From Sedimentisphaerales bacterium (lineage in GTDB: Bacteria > Planctomycetota > Phycisphaerae > Sedimentisphaerales > SM23-30), in contig CAXXFK010000028.1 in NCBI GenBank assembly GCA_963663965.2, forward strand, positions 448,001 through 512,000: a stretch of DNA of 64,000 nucleotides, read 5' to 3'. A program made the position numbers and the translations under genes. Of the stretch, positions 54,590-62,813 are shown in pieces. Position 1 is the first letter of the stretch. Each line of letters starts with the position of its first letter. The notes under the pieces are model-generated. The model had not been told where the DNA came from. It did no database searches and saw only the letters and a program-made list of their open reading frames with translations.

Positions 54590-55909
54590 TCAGCCGCGGA
54601 TGCGGTTTTTGATACGGTTTTGAATATTCGATTTCAGCTCATCGAGTTTGGTTTTCTGTTCTTCAGTAAGCAGATCGAGGATGGCAGTTCGTGCCCGCTG
54701 GAGGAGTTGCCTTTTGGCTTCGGGGGTGTCGGCATTGGCCAGGGCTGCTTTGACGCGTTGCTGGAGATTCTGGATTTGCTGCTGTTGTGTTTCAGTGAGA
54801 TCAAGGCGTTTGAGTAACTGGAGAATATCCAGTCCGGCGGAGTTATCCTGGATACCCTGACGGATCCGGTCTTTGATCTGGTTTTCGATGCGGGCTTTCA
54901 TTGTTTCCAATTTTTGTTTTTGTTCTTCGGTTAGAATTGCCAGGATTTTTTCGTAGACCATTTCTTTGATAGCTTGTTTTTCTTCGGGGGTTTGAGCATC
55001 AGCGGCGGCGGTTCTGGCTTCCTGATGGATTTTGCCGATTTGAGTTTTCTGGTCATCGCTTAAAGCGAGTTTGTCTAACAATTGCCGAAGAGCTTCGCGA
55101 CGATCCGGCGGCGTCTGGGTATCTGGTTTATCCTGATCGGCTTTGAGTTCTTCGAGTCTGGCTTTTTGCTCTTCGGTTAAGAGCGCAAGGATGGCGTTAA
55201 AGGCTTTGGTCATCAGATCTTGCTTCGCTTCGGGAGTTTCGGCATTTGCGAGGGCGTTGCGCACACGTTGATGGATATTATGGATTTTTTCTTTCTGCTC
55301 ATCTGTCAGATCGAGTTGGCTGAGCAGGCGATGTAATCTGGCGATATCAGGGCGGTCCTGATGGGCGAGGCCGCGCAGTTCTTTGAGTTTTTGGATTTGT
55401 TCTGGGGTGAGGACGCCGATGGCTTCGGTTTTCATTCTTTCGAAAAGGTTCTGGATTTCTTCGCGAGTTTCGGCGGCGGCCATTTTATCGCGGTAATATA
55501 GTTTGATTTCTTCTAGTTTTTCGATCTGGTCGGTGGTGAGGTTGAGTTGTTCCAGTTGCTGCCAGTGGGCCTGGGCCAGCCGTTTGATTATCTGGAGGCG
55601 GTCCAGATTGGGGCGATCTGTGGTGTCGGGTTGGCCGTCGGGATTGATGATGGCGGCGATTTTCTGTTTCATTTCCTGAGAGAGGGCTCGTTTGGCCTGG
55701 GGTGTTTCGGCGGTCTGGATCTGGGGAAGGTATTCCGCTTTAATGGCTTCGATTTTCGCTTTTTGTTCGTCGGTCAGTTCGGGTAAGACGCGGGCACGAA
55801 TTGGATCCGTGTTGGTCTGGGCGGTTCTACGCGGGCGGACCTGGGCGGTAGCCAGGCTGGTGATGGCGAGGGATAAGATGAGGGTTAGAATGATGCGATT
55901 CGTTTTCAT
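54590..55909 (-). CDS. Secreted multi-repeat Spy/CpxP-like (LTxxQ) protein
   Basis: Signal peptide; nine L(T/S)xxQ motifs arranged in about five helical units. Confidence 0.8.
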   Translation of the reverse strand: MKTNRIILTLILSLAITSLATAQVRPRRTAQTNTDPIRARVLPELTDEQKAKIEAIKAEYLPQIQTAETPQAKRALSQEMKQKIAAIINPDGQPDTTDRPNLDRLQIIKRLAQAHWQQLEQLNLTTDQIEKLEEIKLYYRDKMAAAETREEIQNLFERMKTEAIGVLTPEQIQKLKELRGLAHQDRPDIARLHRLLSQLDLTDEQKEKIHNIHQRVRNALANAETPEAKQDLMTKAFNAILALLTEEQKARLEELKADQDKPDTQTPPDRREALRQLLDKLALSDDQKTQIGKIHQEARTAAADAQTPEEKQAIKEMVYEKILAILTEEQKQKLETMKARIENQIKDRIRQGIQDNSAGLDILQLLKRLDLTETQQQQIQNLQQRVKAALANADTPEAKRQLLQRARTAILDLLTEEQKTKLDELKSNIQNRIKNRIRG

Positions 55910-56043
55910 TTTTTTCTCCTGTGATGGAGGGTGATTTTTGTTGTCCGGTTACCAAGATTACTGATTATTACAATTATAACGATGGCGGGTGGTGGCTCCT
56001 TCGGAAAATATCCAGGATTGGTTTGGGTGTTAAGTTTTATCAG

Positions 56044-56064
56044 CGTGGGCGATGCCCACCCTAC
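56044..56064 (-). repeat. GTAG-type REP element
   Basis: Minus strand GTAG-G-GTGGGC-ATC-GCCCAC: a GTAG tetranucleotide followed by a short palindrome. Confidence 0.7.
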
Positions 56065-56073
56065 CGTGATAAG

Positions 56074-56859
56074 TTAGTAGTGGCGGCATTGGAGGGTGGT
56101 GTCGGTTGGGGTGATTTGGGATGGTTTCGTTTGGGTTAATGGTGATAAGTCGTTGCTATAATTGGTTTTATAGTCGAAATTGTTGGTGTTGGGTTCGTTT
56201 GGCGTTGAGGGGTAGTTTCGATCATATTGGTTGGGAGTTGGGTTCCATGGATCGGGTTGGGATTCGCAGGGCTGGGAGTTGGGATTGCGGTGGTTATCAG
56301 TAGAAAACCTGGTTGAGTTGTTTATTGGTAAGTTGTTGTTATTGTTTGTGTTATGGTCGAATTTGCCGACTTTGGGTTCGTTTGGCATTGGTGGGGTTTC
56401 GGGTTGTTGGTCTGGTTCGGGGGTGGCGTTGGGGTCGCACTGAATGGCGGGGGTGATCTGGTAGCCGGCGTCGAAGAGGATGTTTTTGCAATTGTCGATA
56501 ATCTGCTGGTATTCTTTGTCATTGGGCGGGCCTTCGGGGATGAGGTCTTTGATGGGATCGGTGATTTTTATGAATTGCTGGATGAGTTGGGTGGTAGCGC
56601 GGCGGGCGGTGATGGTGTTGTCGGAGCGGGACTGGACGACGAGGCGTTGGAGGGCCTGGTGGCCGGCGCGGGTGGCGCGGAGTTTGAAGTCGCGGCGGTC
56701 GTAGGCCATGAGGCCGGCCAGTTCGCAATGGTAGGGGTAGGTGTCGATGATGTATTGGTGTTGGCGGCGGGTGGTGTTGATGGTGGCGAGGAAAATGTCA
56801 TCGATTTCGGGGCGGTGGTAGTATTGGGCACGGGCGAGAATTTGCATGGAACGATTCAT
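56074..56859 (-). CDS. Hypothetical protein; low-complexity tail contains PNEP(K/N) repeats encoded by the 55-bp element
   Basis: GAGGTG RBS before ATG 56859; ~135-aa plausibly folded N-terminus, then a Pro/Asn/Thr-rich tail. Confidence 0.55.
   Translation of the reverse strand: MNRSMQILARAQYYHRPEIDDIFLATINTTRRQHQYIIDTYPYHCELAGLMAYDRRDFKLRATRAGHQALQRLVVQSRSDNTITARRATTQLIQQFIKITDPIKDLIPEGPPNDKEYQQIIDNCKNILFDAGYQITPAIQCDPNATPEPDQQPETPPMPNEPKVGKFDHNTNNNNNLPINNSTRFSTDNHRNPNSQPCESQPDPWNPTPNQYDRNYPSTPNEPNTNNFDYKTNYSNDLSPLTQTKPSQITPTDTTLQCRHY
56146..56383 (-). repeat. Two copies of the 55-bp fixed-spacing element (56146-56200, 56329-56383)
   Basis: Plus strand TAA-N19-TTA-N18-TTGGGTTCGTTT in both copies. 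Confidence 0.85.
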
Positions 56860-57012
56860 GGTTTCACCTCTTTTTCTGGAGACCTAATTAATAAAAAAAC
56901 CATTCTGAGTTTGACCGTTGGTGGCCGACTGTTGGGATTATAGGTTTTTGTTTGTTAAAAGTCAAAATAAAAATAATATTAAATACAAAAAATACATAAT
57001 ATAAGAAATTTT

Positions 57013-57620
57013 CACCATGAAGATACCATGAAGGGAAGAGGAAGAATTAACGGCCGGTTTATCCGCAGATGGACGCAGATAAAAATAAGTTAAGATATTG
57101 AAATATAAGAAGATATAACCACGGAAAAACGCGGAAAGACACGGAAGAAAAGCAGGTGGCTGCGCCACGATTTAAATGGGTTATTACCACAGAGGTCAGG
57201 AGGGCACAGAGGATGAGGAGCAGGGAAGAATCAAAGCTTTTTAGACAGGATCACAGGATCAACAGGATTTAAGAAAAAGGGAATTCAAATAAAATATAAC
57301 GGGTGGTTTAACCGTGGATAAACGCAGATAAAAATTGAGTTAAATCATTAAAATAAAATAAGATAGAACCACGGAATACACGGAACACACGGAAGAAATC
57401 AGGGATAAGTTCAAGAAATATATCAAAAAGGTGAAAAAGAGTGGCTGGGACACGGGGTAATTTTTTTAAAGGCGGGGGTTTACCACAGAGGTTAGGAGGA
57501 CACAGAGGATCATGGCAGGGGGCTATTAAGGATAAGAGAAGAAAAATGCTTTTTAGACAGGATCACAGGATTGACAGGATTAAGAGAGAGGATTTGGGAT
57601 TTAATATAACGGCCGGATTA
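57013..57620 (+). repeat. Higher-order array of short repeat cassettes
   Basis: CGCAGAT x2, CACGGAA x3, CACAGAG x2(+1 degenerate), ACAGGAT x3, in the same order twice. Confidence 0.9.
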
Positions 57621-58060
57621 GCTATTGATGTTAAATACATGTAACAATCTTGATATGCTTAAAATCAAACGAGTGTGGGTTGCCAGGTCCAATGAAAAAC
57701 AAAGAGCACTAGATTACAATTTTCCAGCACAATCACACCTATTTCCATTGCCAATTCCATGATAATCAGTTAGAATTACTTATATGGTCCCATAGAGGCG
57801 TGGACTAAAGTTACGTCTTAAAAAACAGTAACCATTTGTGTGGTCTGTAGATAGCGGCAATTTCGGTTATTTTGACAAGGTTGATTAAATAAAGATGAAT
57901 CGGTACCCGGTTACCAGTAAAGGGATTGTCGTTCCGGTGAGCTAAAAACGTTAGCTTCTGCTGAGATTTTTGGATAAAATCGCGTGAATACGGTCTATCC
58001 AGGCCGTTTAAGTTTTAAAGGTTCTGAGTATCAATTCAATCCAGAATTGCGAGGAAAACG

Positions 58061-59647
58061 ATGAAAAAGCTATTGGTTTTCGCTTTCGGTGTGTCGTTAC
58101 TTGTTACCAACATTCTTCAAGCTGAATTGCAGGGTTTGTGGGAGTTTGTTCCCGCGAGCGATCCGAATCTTATGCTCACGGCAACTATTGGTAATGATCT
58201 GGAACTGAGTACTGGAGGTACTCATACTTCTGTTGCCGGATTCGATCAGACCGATGGTGCGGTCCAGATTGGAGTGGGCAGCTACTTCATTTGTGACCAT
58301 GACATTGCGCCCAACGGCGGCAGCACTGGTTATGTCAACGAGTATTCATTACTGCTCGATATCATGTATCCGTTATCCAGTGCGGGTAAATGGATCTGTC
58401 TCTTTCAAACCAATTCGAACAATACCAACGATGGCGATTGTTTTATACGGTCAAGCGGCGGTGGCGTAACCGGCTCGGTGGGAGTGGCCGCGACTGGATA
58501 TTCCACTCAGGCAACCCAGGCCGGAAGATGGTATCGAGTGATCGTTTCGGTCGATAACGGCAGTTTCTACCGGATTTATGTTAATGGCGAGCTTTGGTTG
58601 GAAGGAGTGATCCAGAATATTAACGGACGCTTTGCGCTTGATCCGACGATATTGTTTTTCGCGGATGAAGATGGCGAGGACAACGACATCTGTGTCTCAA
58701 CACTGGCGATCTGGGACGAACCGCTCGATGAAACTATGGTTAGCACCCTGGGTGAGGCGGGTACGCCAGTGGGTGAAGTAGTGGGTTCGACGAGCGCGGC
58801 TTCGGTCACGCTGTTCGAAAAAAGCACAACACCGCAAACATTCAATCTGCAATTGACCGGTGACGCAGCGCCCACCGCTCCTGTGATCGTCACGGTCGAT
58901 CCCAATACCATACTGGGCAACGAAGGGGATTTTCAGTTGATCGCTCCGGGCCAGACCCAACCCGCACAACCCGGCGAACCGATTACCGTAACCTTTACTC
59001 CTGAAAACTGGCAGACACCGCAAATAATCGGGGTAGTGCCGGTTGACGATACCGAACTGGAAGGTATCGAGGAGGCAGGGGTCCGGTTTGTCGCAAGCAG
59101 CGCCGACAGTCACTTTGACGGAGGAATCGTACCCTTTGTCAAGGTTGTCATATATGATGACGAAAGCTCGGGATTTTTTGTGGCTCCTGTGGCAATCGAT
59201 GCAATCGAAAACGGTCCAGCCGCGACCTATTCGGTCGTGCTGACCGGAGTTCCATCGAGTTCAGTAACCATTTCAATCCAGGAATCGTCCACGCCGAATC
59301 GCGTCACGGTCGATCCGGCCACGCTGATCTTTAGCCCGGCCAATGCGGCGATCCCCCAGATTGTCAGTGTAACGGTCCCTGACGATACTGTCTATCAGGG
59401 CAAGACCTACACCACCGCCCTGGTGCACCAGGCCGCGTCGACCGATGAAAATTACGCCTTGCTGCCGGAGATCAACCTGCCGGTGACAATTTTCGACAAC
59501 GATTGCGGCGCCTGGGGATTCCTGCCTGCTGACCTGAATCACGATTGCCGGATCGATCTGGATGACATCGCCCTGTTGGCCGGCTCCTGGTTACATTGTA
59601 CCCAGCCGTTTGTCGCCGGATGCGACGAAGTATCCCTCACCGAATAA
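58061..59647 (+). CDS. Secreted LamG-like jelly-roll + Calx-beta-like repeats + dockerin-like tail
   Basis: Signal peptide; LamG-like domain (WYRV.VSVDNG...IYVNG); TFTPENWQTPQ...V..VDD repeats; ADLNHDCRIDLDD...LA.SWL. Confidence 0.8.
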   Translation: MKKLLVFAFGVSLLVTNILQAELQGLWEFVPASDPNLMLTATIGNDLELSTGGTHTSVAGFDQTDGAVQIGVGSYFICDHDIAPNGGSTGYVNEYSLLLDIMYPLSSAGKWICLFQTNSNNTNDGDCFIRSSGGGVTGSVGVAATGYSTQATQAGRWYRVIVSVDNGSFYRIYVNGELWLEGVIQNINGRFALDPTILFFADEDGEDNDICVSTLAIWDEPLDETMVSTLGEAGTPVGEVVGSTSAASVTLFEKSTTPQTFNLQLTGDAAPTAPVIVTVDPNTILGNEGDFQLIAPGQTQPAQPGEPITVTFTPENWQTPQIIGVVPVDDTELEGIEEAGVRFVASSADSHFDGGIVPFVKVVIYDDESSGFFVAPVAIDAIENGPAATYSVVLTGVPSSSVTISIQESSTPNRVTVDPATLIFSPANAAIPQIVSVTVPDDTVYQGKTYTTALVHQAASTDENYALLPEINLPVTIFDNDCGAWGFLPADLNHDCRIDLDDIALLAGSWLHCTQPFVAGCDEVSLTE

Positions 59648-59661
59648 AACTTGTCAAAACG

Positions 59662-59697
59662 GGGTAACCTTTCCACTATGTTGTGGAAAGGTTGCCC
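59662..59697 (+). promoter_or_regulatory. Intercistronic stem-loop without U-tract
   Basis: GGGTAACCTTTCCAC / GTGGAAAGGTTGCCC, a 15-bp stem with one U-G pair, between two co-oriented genes. Confidence 0.55.
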
Positions 59698-59723
59698 TCA
59701 GTCCAATTACAGGAGAAACGAAA

Positions 59724-60479
59724 ATGCAACGCAAAACCGTATTTATGCTTGTATTGCTGACTTTGCCTCTCACTATTTCAGCAACCACCCTGCCAGTCGC
59801 TCTCTGGCAATTCGACAATGCCGATCAGTTGGGCCAGGCTACCCTGGGCGAGGATCTAGTTCTCACCGGAACGGCCGATGCCGTGGCAGGAATAGCTGAT
59901 GGCGATGGCGCCGCGCGAATTGGTGTGGGTAGTTATTTCACCGCCGCTAATACCGTTGGCCCCAATGGTGGCGACGGTTCAGCGGAATACACCAACCAAT
60001 GGACCCTGCTCTATGATATCAAATTTCCCCTGTCCGAAAGTTATAGCAGCTTGTTTCAGACCCAGCCGGCTAACTCCAACGATGGCGACCTGTTCACGCG
60101 ATCCAGTGGCGCTCTGGGTGTTGGCGCCACCGGTTATGCCGCGGCAGGCACACTCCAGGCCGACACCTGGTATCGGCTGATTGTGCGGGCTGATAACGGC
60201 AACCTCTTCCAACTCTGGCTGGATGGTCAGAAAGTACTGGAAGGAACTTCACAGGGAGTCGATGGCCGGTTTGGTCTGGAAGACACCTTTCTGCTGTTTG
60301 CTGACAATGATGGCGAAGAGGAGCCGGTCGATGTGTCCCTGATCGCTTTTTGGGGTGAAACCCTCACCGAAAACCAGATAAGCGAACTGGGTACTGCCGG
60401 TGTTCCGGTCCCCGAACCGGCCTCACTCAGTTTGTTGATCCTGGGCGCCGCCAGTTGTCTGCGCCGGGGCAAACGTTAA
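59724..60479 (+). CDS. PEP-CTERM sorted protein with LamG-like domain
   Basis: Start at ATG 59724 behind AGGAG; signal peptide; C-terminus VPEPASLSLLILGAASCLRRGKR. Confidence 0.9.
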   Translation: MQRKTVFMLVLLTLPLTISATTLPVALWQFDNADQLGQATLGEDLVLTGTADAVAGIADGDGAARIGVGSYFTAANTVGPNGGDGSAEYTNQWTLLYDIKFPLSESYSSLFQTQPANSNDGDLFTRSSGALGVGATGYAAAGTLQADTWYRLIVRADNGNLFQLWLDGQKVLEGTSQGVDGRFGLEDTFLLFADNDGEEEPVDVSLIAFWGETLTENQISELGTAGVPVPEPASLSLLILGAASCLRRGKR

Positions 60480-60557
60480 TCTGTAAGAGCATACATTGAT
60501 TGGACATTTAACGCTAATTGATTAATATCTCAGATCTGAGTTGATGACATTTTTTAA

Positions 60558-60585
60558 GCCGGCTGCCAATAACGTGGCAGCCGGC
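60558..60585. terminator. Hairpin after the PEP-CTERM gene
   Basis: GCCGGCTGCCA / TGGCAGCCGGC perfect 11-bp stem. Confidence 0.6.
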
Positions 60586-60607
60586 CTGAATTTATACCCA
60601 ATGGGTA

Positions 60608-60682
60608 TGAAAATTCCTGATCGCTCGCAAGATAAGTTTTTACTCGTGTAGAACTTATATCACGACCCAGCGGGCATTTTCA
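60608..60682 (-). repeat. 75-bp dispersed repeat, copy C
   Basis: Reverse complement TGAAAATGCCCGCTGGGTCGTGATATAAGTTCTACACGAGTAAAAACTTATCTTGCGAGCGATCAGGAATTTTCA. Confidence 0.9.
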
Positions 60683-60716
60683 ATGGTAAGCAGTACCTAT
60701 ATGGAGAAGAAATAGA

Positions 60717-62646
60717 ATGCGCCGATTTTATCTTTCCGGATGCCTCTCACTCACCTTGTCGTATTTAATTGTCTTGCTCGCGTCTTTCTGTCCGGGGGGC
60801 CGATATCGAAACTGGCCTGGCCGGGCTTTGGCGTTTTGATGATCCGGCCAATCTGACCAAGGCCGATCAGGGCCAGCCTCTGGTTTTGACCGGCAGCCAC
60901 CAGGCCGTGTCGGGCATCGATGATGAGGATGGAGCCGCACGCATCGGTATCGGCAGCTACTACCGTTGCGCACACGGCATCTCCCCCAATGGTTCGGGTC
61001 AATATGTCAATGAGTGGTCATTGGTAATCGATTTCCGTTATCCCGCTACCAGCGCCGGCCAGTGGATGTGCTTTTATCAGACCAGTCCATCCAATGGTAA
61101 CGATGGCGATTGTTTTATCCGGTCCGGCAGCGGCACCCTGGGGGTTTCGGCTACCGGTTATAGCGCGTTGAGCACGCAATCCGATACCTGGTATCGCATG
61201 GTCGTTTCGGTCGATAACGGCTCGTTTTACCGGATTTATATCAACGGAATCCAATGGCTGGAGGGATCCGCCCAGGCGGTCGATGGCCGGTTTTCACTGG
61301 ATCCGGAGTTGTTGCTGTTTGCCGATGAAAATGGCGAAGATTATCCCATCGATGTCTCGCTGGTGGCCCTTTACGACCGCTCGTTGACTGCCGACGATGC
61401 GGCGGCTTTGCGGGGGCCGGGCGGCAACGAGGTCGTGCCACCCGACACCATGCTTCTTACCAAACCCTATCTGCAGAATGTGCAACCGGACGGGATAACT
61501 GTTATGTGGGAACTTACCGCTGAGGAGGTCTGCCGGTTTGACTATGGCCTGGATGGAAATTATGGCATGGAGGGGCAAATCGTTTCGCTTCTCTCTGGAG
61601 CCGGTACACTGATTTATAAAACAGCGCTGACGGATTTGAACCCGGCGACGGTTTATCAATATCGCTTGACTGTGGCGGATCAGTCGTATGATGGTTCCTT
61701 TGTTACGGCCCCGCTCGGCCGCGCCGCTTTTACTTTTGGCGTCTGGAGTGACAGTCAGGGCACCAATCACGACCAGTATCCCGTTGACCCTTATGAGCCA
61801 ACCAGGAAAATGATGGCCCATATGGCCGACCGGGTCGATTTTGGCGTAACAGTGGGCGATCTGGCTGAAAATGGCGCCTCGTATGGTGATACCCGCGTCT
61901 ACTATCTGGATCGTGTCGCCGCTTACCTGGGTCAAAAAATCCCCTGGTTTGTCGCCTGGGGCAATCACGACCAGGGTTCCACGGCCGTTATCCGTCAGTT
62001 TCACGACTTGCCCAGCCAACTGCGCGGCGGCGAATTCACTGCCGGTTATGGCAGCTATTCCTTTGAATACGCCGGCTGCCACTTTCTTTGTATCGACGAT
62101 GCCGACAGATCTGATATGGCCTGGGTTGAAAGCGACTTGCGGCGTGCCTGGACCGGCGGAGCGCGTTTTATTTTTGTTTTTGTCCATCGTCCGCCCTTCC
62201 TGGAACGCTGGTACGAGGGTGAGGAGTTCTTCCGGGAAAACCTGGTGCCATTGCTGGAAAAATATGGCGTCGATGTCTGCTTCAGCGGCCACATGCACGG
62301 TTATGAACGGGGGCACCTTAACGGGGTTTATTATTGCGTGACCGGCGGGGGCAGTTGGCTCGATTTGCCTGAACCGCTGGTGCGGGACTGGCCCCACATG
62401 ACTGTTGGCGGCTATAACGATCTCGCCCCCGGTATTGATGGCGGATTGGTTAACGAATATGTTACGGTTACGGTCGACGCACTCGGTTTCGTGGCAACCA
62501 TGATCCCGTTTTATCCCGATGGCTCGGTCATGCCGGGTGTAACCGACACCTTTGGCAAAACCGACCTGCAAGCCGATATCAACCGGGATGGCAAAGTCGA
62601 TCTGGACGATTTGATTATCCTGACCAACAGTTGGTTACGCGAATAA
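60717..62646 (+). CDS. LamG-like + FN3 + purple-acid-phosphatase-type metallophosphoesterase + dockerin-like tail; frameshifted at G6 (60794-60799)
   Basis: SDSQ, GDL, GNHD, HRPP, SGHMHGYER metal-binding motifs; ADINRDGKVDLDD tail; the signal peptide from ATG 60717 is in a different frame from the body. Confidence 0.85.
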
Positions 62647-62813
62647 CGAAGCTTTTCTTGTTGCCGCCATTGGCCAGCGAAATCAAAACCAATGTCCTGT
62701 GGTTACCATTGAAAAGGCCCTTATGGTCTTGATATAACCGGCAGGTATCTGGAGTACTTTTTCGAGCGCTCAGTTTTTTTATGTACGAAGAGTATCAACA
62801 GTGCCGCAAAACA

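Noticed and set aside
56353..56943. 196-aa Gly/Val-rich plus-strand ORF
   Set aside because: Antisense product of the extreme G/T skew; the minus-strand ORF has the RBS
57013..57620. CRISPR array
   Set aside because: No constant 23-47 bp repeat with uniform spacers, and no cas genes in the window
61294..62571. 425-aa minus-strand ORF
   Set aside because: Antisense shadow of the metallophosphoesterase gene
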